64,000 bases of DNA from a virus. This document shows, one piece after another, positions 27,626-38,284 of this stretch. Position 1 is the first letter of the stretch. Every line of letters begins with the position of its first letter. Below the pieces are notes generated by a model. The model had not been told where the DNA came from. It did not search any database and was given only the letters and a program-made list of their open reading frames with translations. The stretch covers positions 1 through 64,000 of the IMG/VR virus record IMGVR_UViG_3300025424_000296; one strand, written 5' to 3'. A program made the position numbers and the translations under genes.

Positions 27626-28831
27626 TTAAATATATTTGTCAATAGAATTTCTTAAAGATTTTCGTAAATCGCAAATCATTGCATCTGTATGATTTGGAGT
27701 AGGGGTAATTCGTAATCTTTCTGTTCCAATAGGGACTGTAGGATATCCAATTGGTTGTATATAGATATTATGTTCATCTAATAACCAATCAGACACTTGT
27801 TTACAGCGCACAGCATTGCCTATTATTAGGGGTACAATATGTGTATTACCTGGCATGACATTGAAGTTTTCTTGTGCCAATTGTTCTTTGACTTTATCAA
27901 CTACCTCAAACATGCGACTTCTTGCTTCTGGATGATCTTGAACATAACGCACACTGGCTAGTGCACCTGCACATAGTACAGGACTCATACTGGTACTGAA
28001 TATAAATCCGTTAGCATAGCTGCGTATCATATCAATAAGATCACGTCCGCCTGCAATATATCCTCCCTGTATACCAAATGCTTTGCCTAATGTTCCCTGT
28101 ATGATATCAACTCCGTCTACACAATGTTGTTCTTCTGCAATACCAGCACCCCGAACACCATAAAGACCTACAGCGTGAACTTCATCTACATAAACCATAG
28201 CACCGTACTGACGAGCAATATCACATACATCAGATATAAGACCTTTGTCGCCATCCATGCTATACACACCTTCCATGGCAATAATAGGTTGTGCATCATC
28301 GTCTAGACTTTTCAGTATTTCCTTAAGATGAGCTAGATCATTATGATTCCAAACAGTACAGGGTGCTCGACTGCTTTTCATACCAACAATCATGCTATTA
28401 TGATTCATACTATCGGATATAAAATGAACTCCTGTGATTATTTTACCTAATACATTAAGTGTGGATTGATTAGCAACATACCCACTGGTGAATAACAGTG
28501 CAGCAGTTTTATCGTGTAGTCTAGCCAGTTCACTTTCTAAGGCTGTATGAAAATGAGTAGTACCGGATATATTACGAGTACCACCACTACCAGCACCAGT
28601 TGTGTCGAGCGCAGTATGCATAGCATCAATAACGACTTTATGTTGCGCCATACCGAGATAATCATTTGCACACCAATTTGTAATATGTTTAATACCATAT
28701 TTGCCATAGAACATGGCTTTGGGAAAATGACCGCGCTCTCTCAGAATATCTGTAAAAACTCGATAATTGCCATCAGATTTTAATTTCTGTAGACTTTGTG
28801 CAATAGCATCTTGTGTTTTTGATTTTAACAT
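27626..28831 (-). CDS. hemA: 5-aminolevulinate synthase (Shemin pathway)
   Basis: WC.NDYLGM, GAGSGGTRNISGT, LFTSGYVAN, VYSMDGD, DEVHAVGLYG, GTLGKAFG (PLP Lys), YPTVP.GTERLRITP. Confidence 0.95.
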   Translation of the reverse strand: MLKSKTQDAIAQSLQKLKSDGNYRVFTDILRERGHFPKAMFYGKYGIKHITNWCANDYLGMAQHKVVIDAMHTALDTTGAGSGGTRNISGTTHFHTALESELARLHDKTAALLFTSGYVANQSTLNVLGKIITGVHFISDSMNHNSMIVGMKSSRAPCTVWNHNDLAHLKEILKSLDDDAQPIIAMEGVYSMDGDKGLISDVCDIARQYGAMVYVDEVHAVGLYGVRGAGIAEEQHCVDGVDIIQGTLGKAFGIQGGYIAGGRDLIDMIRSYANGFIFSTSMSPVLCAGALASVRYVQDHPEARSRMFEVVDKVKEQLAQENFNVMPGNTHIVPLIIGNAVRCKQVSDWLLDEHNIYIQPIGYPTVPIGTERLRITPTPNHTDAMICDLRKSLRNSIDKYI

Positions 28832-28930
28832 TATTAAATATTTCTCTAGAAAAACAATTATAAACAAATCATTATGTGATATTTGACATTATTTAATCAA
28901 TATATTATAAATTATAAGGAGAAATTCGAT

Positions 28931-29164
28931 ATGACCAATGAACAGTTGACAGAAATAGAGCATAACCTGGGATTAGGTACTCAGTTTAATTCATCAAATA
29001 TTACACAACAGGTCGAGGTTAGGTTAAAAGGGAATGTAGAATCCGCGATGATTGGAGATTATAATAGGTCACCTAACGGAACTTTAATAAGATTACGTCG
29101 AGGAGTGATAACTAATTGGATTGATATCGACAGTATTGCAGCAATAGGAGTTATTAACCGATGA
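28931..29164 (+). CDS. Small beta-barrel (possibly Sm-like) protein
   Basis: AAGGAG RBS; beta pattern ending WIDIDSIAAI. Confidence 0.6.
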   Translation: MTNEQLTEIEHNLGLGTQFNSSNITQQVEVRLKGNVESAMIGDYNRSPNGTLIRLRRGVITNWIDIDSIAAIGVINR

Positions 29165-29751
29165 GCATATTTGATAGAATATTTGGAAGAAAACCAAATA
29201 CAACAACCATACCAACATTAAAATTTAACAAAAATGATTCAGTTACTGTTAGAGCAGAAAAGATTTTGAGAGCTTCTGGAATTCCTGAAGATCTAATAGC
29301 CTGGCATTTAGACGGTGCATCGAGTGCAGTTAGATCATATTTTAAACTAGATGGTTTAGATGAAAGCTTGGTTAAAGTTACACGAGGTAAAACAAAAAAA
29401 GAACGTAAACCTGCAACTAAAAAACAAAAAACTGCCAAATTGGTAATTGACAGTGATAATACCAAGGAGAGTTCTTTTCGCACCTCGGCGAAGACAGACC
29501 TTAAAAAGAAAACAACTGTGGCAAAAACTACCAAAACAGCAACTGGTAATCCTTCTGAGCCAGTCCCAGAGAAGAAGGTTAGGGCACCGAGGAAGGATTC
29601 GAAGGTAGCAGCATCTAATTTAGATGCAGGCGGATTTGGTCAGAATCGCGGTGACGGTGTGTTGGATACAGAATTATCTGTTGCTAAACCTCTAGCTAAA
29701 CCGCCATTGAAGAGAAAGACTGTTTTAAGAGTTAAGAAAGAGTCAAAATAA
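29161..29751 (+). CDS. Lys-rich hypothetical protein
   Basis: ATGA overlap; basic low-complexity C-half. Confidence 0.65.
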   Translation: MSIFDRIFGRKPNTTTIPTLKFNKNDSVTVRAEKILRASGIPEDLIAWHLDGASSAVRSYFKLDGLDESLVKVTRGKTKKERKPATKKQKTAKLVIDSDNTKESSFRTSAKTDLKKKTTVAKTTKTATGNPSEPVPEKKVRAPRKDSKVAASNLDAGGFGQNRGDGVLDTELSVAKPLAKPPLKRKTVLRVKKESK

Positions 29752-29874
29752 AAGTTTAAATCAAAATAATTTTATAATATCCTGTCGTTTGGCAGGATAT
29801 TTTTATGACATTAAACTTTATTGATTCAAAATATCAATGAATATACACTTTATAAACGTAAGGAGTAAATATCA

Positions 29875-30081
29875 ATGACAAAAGCACAATACGACGGTAT
29901 TATTGCACATATTGAAGCCAAACATAAATCTGGGTATCGTTTAAGGTTACATATGTCAAACGGCGAATATGTTCAAGGAACAGTAGAATTAGTAGGAACA
30001 CGTACTCTAATAGTTAATCAGGATACTAACCAAATAGCTTATGCTGATTTAGATCGTGTTGATTATATTACAGTTGGATAA
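29875..30081 (+). CDS. Small Sm/Hfq-like fold protein
   Basis: Helix followed by L.LHMSNG..VQG.V......LIV, resembling the Sm1 motif; AAGGAG RBS. Confidence 0.5.
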   Translation: MTKAQYDGIIAHIEAKHKSGYRLRLHMSNGEYVQGTVELVGTRTLIVNQDTNQIAYADLDRVDYITVG

Positions 30082-30151
30082 TATACTGGGTTATGTATAG
30101 TAAACTACTCATTTAAGTTAAATAGTATGTAAATACAAAAAAGGCTTATTA

Positions 30152-32086
30152 ATGACAAATATCTTTGACGACATTTTACAGGAAAAAAAGAAAATGCAAA
30201 GAGAGTCAATGAGTTTCATTGACTATCTTAAGCTGTGTAAGAAAGACTCATCAGTTTACGCTTCAGCTGCTGAACGCATGTTAGCAGCAATTGGTAAACC
30301 TACCATTGTTGATACCAGCAAAGACCCTAGACTGAGCAGAATCTTTCTCAATCGTACACTGCAAGTATATCCTGCGTTCAGCGATTTTTATGGTATGGAA
30401 GATACTATTGAACGTATTGTAGGATACTTTCGCCATGCTGCACAGGGTCTTGAAGAAAAGAAACAGATCCTTTACCTGCTGGGTCCAGTTGGCGGCGGCA
30501 AATCAAGTATTGCAGAACGTCTTAAAGAATTAATAACACGTTTACCATTTTATGTATTAACAGCAGAAGATGGAACACTGAGTCCAGTATTTGAAACTCC
30601 TCTTGGGGTGTTTGATGTTAATAGTCACGGTGAGAAATTAAAGAAGGATTATGGAATTGATCCTCGTTATCTTAATACCATTATGAGTCCATGGGCGATT
30701 AAAAGACTAGCAGAGTATGAGGGTGATGTTGGTCGTTTTCGTGTTACCAAAGTATGGCCAAATAAACTAGAACAAATTGGTGTTGTTAAGACCGAACCGG
30801 GCGACGATAACAACCAAGACATTTCAAGTCTAGTTGGTAAAACTAATATTCGCATGCTTGAACACTATGATCAAAATGATCCAGATAGTTACAGTTTCAG
30901 TGGTGCATTATGCCGTGGTAATCAGGGCATAATGGAGTTTGTTGAAATGTTCAAGGCTCCTATTAAGATGTTGCATCCGCTACTAACAGCTACACAAGAA
31001 GGCAATTATATCGGTACAGAAGGCATAAGTGCTATTCCATTCTCAGGTGTTGTCCTTGCACACTCCAACGAAGCAGAATGGCAAAGCTTTAAGAATAACA
31101 AGAACAATGAAGCATTTATTGATCGTGTTTATGTTGTTAAGGTTCCCTACTGTTTGCGTGTCAGTGATGAAGTTAATATCTATAAAAAAATGCTAGAACA
31201 CAGTAGTTTAAACAATGCCGTGTGCGCACCACAAACACTAGAAATGCTCAGCAAGTTCTGCGTATTAACTCGTTTAAATGAACATGAGAATAGCAGTCAA
31301 TACAGCAAGATGCGTGTATATGACGGTGAAGCAATTAAAGATGTAGATCCCAAAGCACGTAGTATACAAGAATATCGCGATGCTGCTGGTGTTGATGAAG
31401 GTATGGGTGGTATTAGTACACGTTTTGCATTCAAAGTTTTAAGTAAAACATTTAATTTTGATACAGCAGAAATAGCAGCAGATCCGGTTCATTTGATGTA
31501 TGTGCTTGAAGATAGCATACGCAGAGAACAGTTCAAAGACGATGTAGAAAACCGTTACATAGATTTTATCAAAGAGTATCTGGCACCCAAGTATGCGGAA
31601 TTCATTGGCAATGAGATTAGACAAAATTTCATTGAAAGTTATGCCGAATACGGTCAAAATTTATTTGATCAATATGTTGCGTATGCAGATGCGTGGATAC
31701 AAGAAATTGATTTTAAAGATCCAGATACAGGTAATATGTTTGATAGAGATATATTGAATAAGGAATTGGAGAAGATTGAAAAGCCAGCTGGCATTGCTAA
31801 TCCCAAAGACTTCCGTCACGAAGTTGTTAACTTTGTGTTAAGAGCTCGTGCAAAGAACGGCGGAGAGATATTGTGGTCAACTTATGAAAAATTACGCGAA
31901 GTCATTGAAAAGAAAATGTTTTCGACCTCAGATGACATGTTACCAGTTATATCTTTTGGTGCAAAAAGTAATTCTGAAATTCAATCAAAACACAGCGAAT
32001 TTGTAGATAGAATGAAAAATAACAGATATACTGAACGTCAAATTAAACGTTTAGTAGATTGGTTTATAAGAACTCAAAAAAGTTAA
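30152..32086 (+). CDS. yeaG: PrkA/YeaG AAA+ serine kinase family protein
   Basis: FYGME, QILYLLGPVGGGKSS, EPGD.NNQDISSLVGK, EFVEMFKAPIK.LHPLLTATQE. Confidence 0.97.
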   Translation: MTNIFDDILQEKKKMQRESMSFIDYLKLCKKDSSVYASAAERMLAAIGKPTIVDTSKDPRLSRIFLNRTLQVYPAFSDFYGMEDTIERIVGYFRHAAQGLEEKKQILYLLGPVGGGKSSIAERLKELITRLPFYVLTAEDGTLSPVFETPLGVFDVNSHGEKLKKDYGIDPRYLNTIMSPWAIKRLAEYEGDVGRFRVTKVWPNKLEQIGVVKTEPGDDNNQDISSLVGKTNIRMLEHYDQNDPDSYSFSGALCRGNQGIMEFVEMFKAPIKMLHPLLTATQEGNYIGTEGISAIPFSGVVLAHSNEAEWQSFKNNKNNEAFIDRVYVVKVPYCLRVSDEVNIYKKMLEHSSLNNAVCAPQTLEMLSKFCVLTRLNEHENSSQYSKMRVYDGEAIKDVDPKARSIQEYRDAAGVDEGMGGISTRFAFKVLSKTFNFDTAEIAADPVHLMYVLEDSIRREQFKDDVENRYIDFIKEYLAPKYAEFIGNEIRQNFIESYAEYGQNLFDQYVAYADAWIQEIDFKDPDTGNMFDRDILNKELEKIEKPAGIANPKDFRHEVVNFVLRARAKNGGEILWSTYEKLREVIEKKMFSTSDDMLPVISFGAKSNSEIQSKHSEFVDRMKNNRYTERQIKRLVDWFIRTQKS

Positions 32087-32087
32087 A

Positions 32088-33059
32088 ATGAATTACATAG
32101 AACATTATAATAAATTAATTTTGCGAGGGAAAACCAGAGGTATTAAAAAAAGCTCTACGGTATATTATGAATTACATCATATAGTCCCTAAATGTTTAGG
32201 TGGCACTAATAGTGATTCAAATCTTGTTTTATTAACACCAGAAGAACATTTTATTGCACATAAGTTATTGGTTAAAATTTATCCTAATAAAGGTAAATTA
32301 ATCTATGCAGTTAATATGATGTGTGTAGGCAGAAATAATAAAATGTATGGTTGGCTTAAAAAGAAACTTCAGCAGGTGTTGAAAGATGATAAAGAAAGAT
32401 CTGACAAAATTAGTAAATCTTTAACTGGTAGACATGTACCAGATTATATAGGAAGAAAAATTTCTAAATCTAATAAAGGTAGGATAATATCACAGTCAAC
32501 AAGAGAGAAAATATCAAATAGTACTAAAGGTGTTTCTAAACCAACTAACTTTGGTAAAAAAATTAGTGCCAGATTAAAAGGTAGAAAACATAATGATTTA
32601 CATCATAAAAAAGTTATAGATAGTAAATTAAGAAATGGTACATTACTGCAATCAAAATCTACAAAAGAAAAAATATCTAATAGCTTATCTAAATTGAAAT
32701 GGTATAATAATGGGACAACCAACATAAGATCGTCTGTTAATCCAGGATGTGATTATGTACCTGGAAGACTGCCAATAGCAAAAAAGAAAAAAATAAATCA
32801 AAAATATGATAAGGTTATTTTAGATACATCAACACTTCCTAAGTTCAAATATGATCATTACAAAAAATCTAACAACGGCAAACGAAATGGTGCATGGAAA
32901 GGGTATATTGTTACCCCTGATGGAATTTTTGAATCATCTATGCAGGCAGCTATATATTATAGCCTTACAGACGGTACTATAAGAAATAGATGTTTAAGTG
33001 ATAATCCAAAATTTAAAGAATGGGTACAACTTACTAATTTAGGTAATGAAAATGAGTGA
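32088..33059 (+). mobile_element. Free-standing HNH homing endonuclease inside the yeaG-yeaH operon
   Basis: YELHHIVPKCLGG.N..SNLV.LTPEEHFIAH; NUMOD3 repeats, WYNNG, C-terminal NUMOD1-like HTH. Confidence 0.9.
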
Positions 33060-34338
33060 TTACCACATAATCGACCAACGTTCGAATCCTAAGGGTAAGA
33101 ACTTACCAAATCGTCAAAAGTTCCTTAAGAAGGTGCGCAAGCAGCTAACCGATCAGGTTAGGGGTGCCATTGGCAAACGTAAAATAACCGATAGCCGCGG
33201 AGAAGATATCAAAGTACCGGTAGACGGAATAAATGAACCCAGCTTTGATTATGACAGAACTACCGGCGAATGGGAAAGAATACTTCCTGGTAATAAAAAC
33301 TTCAGTGTGGGTGATCGAGTTAAAAAACCACCTAGCAGTGGAGGCAAAGGTGGCGGAAGCGGGTCTGGTGGTAACGGCGGTGAAGGTCAGGACGATTTCC
33401 GCTTTACTATAACCCGAGAAGAATATTTGGATATTGTGTTCGAAGATCTGGAATTGCCAGATATGATCAAACGTACCGAAAAGGCAGCTACAATATGGCA
33501 TAAGATACGTGCTGGATTTAAAACAGATGGCAACCCCAGTCAACTAGATCTTGTACGTAGCATGAAGAACAGTTTAGGACGTAGACTAGCACTACGCAAA
33601 CCGTTAGAACGCAAGGTTAATGAGATACAGTCGTTATTAGAGGACAGTGATAATCCAGAACTACTCTTAGAAGAAATTGAAAAGCTTCAGAAGAAACGCA
33701 GTAGTATTCCCTGGGTTGATCCTATGGACCTACGTTATCGTAGATTTGATAAGAACCCTGTGCCTAATAGTCAAGCAGTGATGTTTTGCTTGATGGATGT
33801 TAGTGGCAGTATGGGTCAACATGAAAAAGATATAGCCAAGCGATTTTATTTGTTGTTGTATTTGTTCCTGCAAAGAAAATATGAAAAGGTACAATTGGTA
33901 TTTGTACGTCACACAGAAGATGCTCGAGAAGTAGACGAAGATGAGTTTTTCAACAGTCAGGAAACAGGCGGAACTGTTGTAAGTAGTGGATTAGAATTGG
34001 TAAACAATATCATAAAAGAACGCTATCCGTTAGATGCCTGGAACATATATGTGGTGCAAGCCAGCGACGGTGATAATTATAGTCACGACAATCAGGTCTG
34101 TACAGAATTGTTAAATGAACTACTTCCCAAGGTTCAATATTATGTTTATGCTGAAGTCAAAAATTATAATAATTTGCGAGAAATATTCATGGTGAACCCC
34201 CGACATTCCGGTCTTTGGGAAATTATGAACAATCTGATGCCTCGTTATGAACAACTGGTGAGTGTCCAATTAACCGACGTAGAAAGTGTAGTACCCATAT
34301 TCAGAAGTGTATTTGCCCGGGAGAAGACCAATGGTTAA
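33046..34338 (+). CDS. yeaH: YeaH/YhbH (DUF444) vWA-like protein
   Basis: K...NRQKFL, Gly-rich linker, FEDLELP, AVMFCLMDVSGSM, ETGGT.VSS, QASDGDN. Confidence 0.95.
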   Translation: MKMSDYHIIDQRSNPKGKNLPNRQKFLKKVRKQLTDQVRGAIGKRKITDSRGEDIKVPVDGINEPSFDYDRTTGEWERILPGNKNFSVGDRVKKPPSSGGKGGGSGSGGNGGEGQDDFRFTITREEYLDIVFEDLELPDMIKRTEKAATIWHKIRAGFKTDGNPSQLDLVRSMKNSLGRRLALRKPLERKVNEIQSLLEDSDNPELLLEEIEKLQKKRSSIPWVDPMDLRYRRFDKNPVPNSQAVMFCLMDVSGSMGQHEKDIAKRFYLLLYLFLQRKYEKVQLVFVRHTEDAREVDEDEFFNSQETGGTVVSSGLELVNNIIKERYPLDAWNIYVVQASDGDNYSHDNQVCTELLNELLPKVQYYVYAEVKNYNNLREIFMVNPRHSGLWEIMNNLMPRYEQLVSVQLTDVESVVPIFRSVFAREKTNG

Positions 34339-35809
34339 ACCTCTGTTCACAGGTTCTGAATGGGATTTTGAGTTATTAGACCGAGCAATGCGCGAGTGTG
34401 GCATTATAGCTAAAGAAGAATTAAGACTTGATACTTATAAAAATCAAATATGTGTAGTTAGTTCAGAACAAATGCTAGATGCTTATGCCAGCACAGGGCT
34501 TCCGGTTATGTATAAACATTGGAGTTTCGGTAAGAAATTCAGCCGAGAACGAGATCTATATCAAAAAGGAAAAAGAGGTCTTGCATATGAATTGGTATTA
34601 AACCTAGACCCTTGTATCAATTATTTAATGGAAGAGAATACAGCTTGTACTCAGGTCCTTGTTATTGCACATGCGGCGTATGGACACTGTCACGTGTTCA
34701 AAAACAATTATATGTTCAAGCAATGGACAGAAGCCGATTCAATGTTAGACTATCTAATCTTTGCACGTAATTATATAGTGCAATGCGAAGAACATTATGG
34801 TGAAGAAGCTGTTGAAGCGACATTAGATAGTGCTCATGCATTGATGATGAACGGTATTGATCGTTACAAGCGCCCACGTAAATTGTCCATGGTTGAAGAA
34901 CAGTTAAGACAGAAAGAGCGTACTGAATATCTTGAACGCACCGTTAACGATCTATGGCGTACATTACCCAGGACAGATAATGAAGATAACACTAATGAAG
35001 GTTATAAATTCCCAGCACAACCAGAAGAAAATATACTCTATTTCTTAGAAAAGAATAGCCCTGTATTAGAACCATGGCAGAGAGAAATACTTCGCATAGT
35101 ACGCAAACTTGCACAGTATTTCTATCCACAGTATCTTACCAAAATGTTAAACGAAGGCTGGGCCAGTTTTACACACTATTATATCATGAATAGATTACAT
35201 GATAAAGGCCTATTAACTGATGGTGCAATGTTAGAGTTCTTGAAATTACACACATCTGTACTTTATCAACCCGAGTACGATAGTCCATATTTCAGCGGGT
35301 TAAATCCCTACTATCTTGGCTTTGAAATATTCATGGACATCAAAAGAATGTGTGAAAATCCTGACGATGAGGATCGAGAACTATTCCCTGATATTGCGGG
35401 AAGTAACTGGGTTGATACCTGCTTAGATGCTGTGGCAAATTATCGCGATGAGAGTTTTGTACATCAATTCCTAAGTCCCAAAGTTGTACGCAAAATGAAA
35501 TTGTTCAAGGTTGTAGATGACAGCAGAGAAGATCATTTCGTGATTGATGCTATTCAAAACCGAGAAGGGTTCAAAGATATTCGCAGTAGACTAGCTCGTA
35601 GTTATGAGCTAGATGATTGGTGCCCTAAGGTAGAAGTATCTAATGCTGATATCAAAGGCGATAGAACATTAACATTAACCTATTACAGGGAGCGCGGTCG
35701 TAATATTGGAGGTAGCTGGCAGGTTATGCTATCTCATGTCCAAAGTCTATGGGGACATAAAGTCAAATTGGTTACTGCTAGAGGTAATACCATTGGCGAA
35801 ATAGCCTAA
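34331..35809 (+). CDS. spoVR: SpoVR/YcgB family protein
   Basis: EQMLDAYAS.GLP..Y.HWSFGK, GLAYELV, IAHA.YGH, YFYPQ..TK..NEGWASF.H. Confidence 0.95.
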   Translation: MVKPLFTGSEWDFELLDRAMRECGIIAKEELRLDTYKNQICVVSSEQMLDAYASTGLPVMYKHWSFGKKFSRERDLYQKGKRGLAYELVLNLDPCINYLMEENTACTQVLVIAHAAYGHCHVFKNNYMFKQWTEADSMLDYLIFARNYIVQCEEHYGEEAVEATLDSAHALMMNGIDRYKRPRKLSMVEEQLRQKERTEYLERTVNDLWRTLPRTDNEDNTNEGYKFPAQPEENILYFLEKNSPVLEPWQREILRIVRKLAQYFYPQYLTKMLNEGWASFTHYYIMNRLHDKGLLTDGAMLEFLKLHTSVLYQPEYDSPYFSGLNPYYLGFEIFMDIKRMCENPDDEDRELFPDIAGSNWVDTCLDAVANYRDESFVHQFLSPKVVRKMKLFKVVDDSREDHFVIDAIQNREGFKDIRSRLARSYELDDWCPKVEVSNADIKGDRTLTLTYYRERGRNIGGSWQVMLSHVQSLWGHKVKLVTARGNTIGEIA

Positions 35810-35830
35810 ATTAAATTTTAAACCTTATAA

Positions 35831-35898
35831 TTTCAACAACTTATTACCCTTGTTTACAATTATATATTGGTTGACACAGTTTGTTATTGTGTTACTAT
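35831..35898 (+). promoter_or_regulatory. IHF-like site plus early promoter
   Basis: TTTCAACAACTTA; GGTTGACA-N13-TGT-TACTAT. Confidence 0.55.
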
Positions 35899-36023
35899 TT
35901 TAATACAACGTGAGGATTGAATAATGGCTAAGCTAATTGGATTTGTAATCGGACTTGGTATTCAGTTTGTTGTGTTAAGTGCCATTTCGGCAGTCATATA
36001 CCACTAATACAAGGAGCAAGCAA

Positions 36024-36287
36024 ATGGGTTACGTTGTTTTCCACATTAACTCTAAGCGCAATGTTGGTTGGAAGCGTACTGAGCGTGGTGCCAAGATTAG
36101 CGTTGCTGCTTGGAATCGTCGTAGTAAGGGTGTGAATTACGATATTATGGAAGAAAACGAGTTTAATGAAAAGCATAATGGTTATGTCACTGTTAAGAAT
36201 ATGATGAGCGGTAATGACGTTCAGATCCGTGCCCAGGACGTTGGTGGTCCGTGTGATCCCAGTACTGAATTATATCATTGTATGTAG
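36024..36287 (+). CDS. Phage early protein (V.N.MSG..V......P.DPSTE.Y..M)
   Basis: AAGGAG RBS; high-expression codon usage. Confidence 0.7.
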   Translation: MGYVVFHINSKRNVGWKRTERGAKISVAAWNRRSKGVNYDIMEENEFNEKHNGYVTVKNMMSGNDVQIRAQDVGGPCDPSTELYHCM

Positions 36288-37046
36288 ACAACACCACCAC
36301 CCACCAAGGTGTGTTTTCTGAAATCCACTTGCAACACTTAACATAATTTTATATGTTAAGTGTTTTTCTTTACAAAATAGTTTTAGATTGTTGGTAATAA
36401 ATTCTTCATTTGTTGGACTGGTTATTTTGTAACATTTGTTACCGTTTGTCCCATTTTTAATTCTTGTTGCTACTGCTTTTTTTCTTGCTTGAGGCGTTGC
36501 AGCAGCTTTGGTCCAATGGTCTAAATTACCGCGTTGTTGTTGTGTTTTCCGACTTTTTGCTATTGATTCAGGAGTACAAGTCTTTAATGTCCCACGACGG
36601 GCTAATCGTGTTGCTAGTTGTTTTTTAATAGATTCGGGGCTGATAGTTACTAATGTATTATTGCGTCGTTTAGTCTCTAATTGTTTTTTAATAGAACTAG
36701 GAGAATTTGAATTTAATTTTCCATTTTTCTTTTTAGTTTCTATGATTTTCTTTTTACTTTCTTCTGATAACCTGCCGCCGTCTCCTGCTTCTTCTTTTAA
36801 GTTAGCCCAATTACGATCTTTAACAACATTCCATAATTTACTGTAATACAATCCCCATTCTATTAGTTCTTCTTCTGTTTGACATTCTCGTAGAATTTCT
36901 GTAGTGTAGTCATAGCCGTGCTTATCAAGATGGTTAAGCCATCTTGTTCCGGAGCCCGGGTACTTATGAGGATCTTTTCGAATAGTTTTACCTAGATATT
37001 TCAATCCTGTCTTATTATGTGTTTTAACATACAGATAAATAGGCAT
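36270..37046 (-). mobile_element. GIY-YIG (Seg-like) homing endonuclease
   Basis: IYLYVKTH.KTGLKYLGKT..DP..Y.GSG..W..H, WANL..E.GDGG, helical DNA-binding repeats. Confidence 0.88.
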
Positions 37047-37195
37047 TGCTGTTGCTCCTTATAAGCTATAGAGTAGCTGGGAATTGGCGTTCCGCGAGCT
37101 ACATCCTATTTATTGCTTATTAGTCCAGTTAACCATAAATATTTCCGGGTAGGGTAGCATTCAGTTACCCTGCCTTGATCTATTTGAAGGTTAAC

Positions 37196-37837
37196 ATGAC
37201 ACAGATTATCACAGCCGACTATTGGCCACAATTTTTTAATCCTCCGATTGCTGGTCAACATACCGGGGCAAGATTTGCGTTTGCTGCTACTTCGCAATTA
37301 CCCGCAATGTTGATGACATTCTTTTATGATACTGCTACTAAATCAATGAAGTTGATGCAGTATGACGCTGCTAATAAATGGAACAGCAATTGGTATTTGC
37401 AAAAGGTGCCAGGATTTGGTCTTGCTGAAATACAGGATGATTTACCGCAGAATAATGCAGCCTTGAAGATACTATTTGGATCACAAATAATTGAACGTTA
37501 TAAAACGCCAATTGGTTGGGGTAATACAGAAACCGTCGGAGGTCAATACACTAACAAACCGCAATTTGATCTTTTCCGCTGCACCCCTCTGCAATCCGCC
37601 ACCGGCTTTCAAACAATTAATTTTGAACAGCTACTTCCAACATTTACCACAGCAGATGGGCAGATATACCATGATGTACTGGTACAATTGTATCAACAGT
37701 CCTGGGGATCCGGTAAGACTGCCAGCGGTGCAAGAATGTGGATGGCTAAGGGAATAGGGCCTGTGGCAAATCAGTGGGTTTCATTAACTTCTAAAGTGAC
37801 TACAGATAGACAAGATGCTACAATTACTTACTTTTAA
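37196..37837 (+). CDS. Hypothetical beta-rich protein
   Basis: ORF track; W.AKGIGPV C-terminal motif; TAAATA upstream. Confidence 0.65.
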   Translation: MTQIITADYWPQFFNPPIAGQHTGARFAFAATSQLPAMLMTFFYDTATKSMKLMQYDAANKWNSNWYLQKVPGFGLAEIQDDLPQNNAALKILFGSQIIERYKTPIGWGNTETVGGQYTNKPQFDLFRCTPLQSATGFQTINFEQLLPTFTTADGQIYHDVLVQLYQQSWGSGKTASGARMWMAKGIGPVANQWVSLTSKVTTDRQDATITYF

Positions 37838-37853
37838 TCAGTAAGGATGCAGC

Positions 37854-38129
37854 ATGAAACCAAAGAAATCTGAGTTTGATAGATTTATTAAAAGAATGGA
37901 AAAAACCTTAGACACATATAGAATATTATTAGAAGACGAAAAAACTCGACAACATGTAAAAGGTTTTCCAGAACCAAATACCAGTTATTTTGAAGGTTGT
38001 ATACATGTATTAATGAGTTTGCTGTTTTCAGCAGCAGATATTAAACGTAAAGAAGATATGAAATTGGCAGAAGAGATACTGGCTAAAAAAGAAGCAGAAA
38101 AAAATGTCACTGATTCAACTGTTATATGA
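37854..38129 (+). CDS. Hypothetical protein
   Basis: AAGGA RBS. Confidence 0.6.
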   Translation: MKPKKSEFDRFIKRMEKTLDTYRILLEDEKTRQHVKGFPEPNTSYFEGCIHVLMSLLFSAADIKRKEDMKLAEEILAKKEAEKNVTDSTVI

Positions 38130-38201
38130 CTTTGTTGGGTTTATAGTCGGTGCTACTTTTTCTATCTTGTTGATTTTATTAATAACATTATTTACACATA
38201 A

Positions 38202-38259
38202 AATCAACGACTTAATGCACAAATAAAATGGTTGACAGAGCATCATCTGATGCTATTAT
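38202..38259 (+). promoter_or_regulatory. IHF-consensus site plus early promoter
   Basis: AATCAACGACTTA (38202-38214); TTGACA-N13-TGC-TATTAT. Confidence 0.7.
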
Positions 38260-38284
38260 TTGAGTATAGCAAAGGAGACAGCAA

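Noticed and set aside
32088-33059. Intron or intein around the HNH in the yeaG operon
   Set aside because: yeaG and yeaH are each uninterrupted and there is no flanking space for intron core structure
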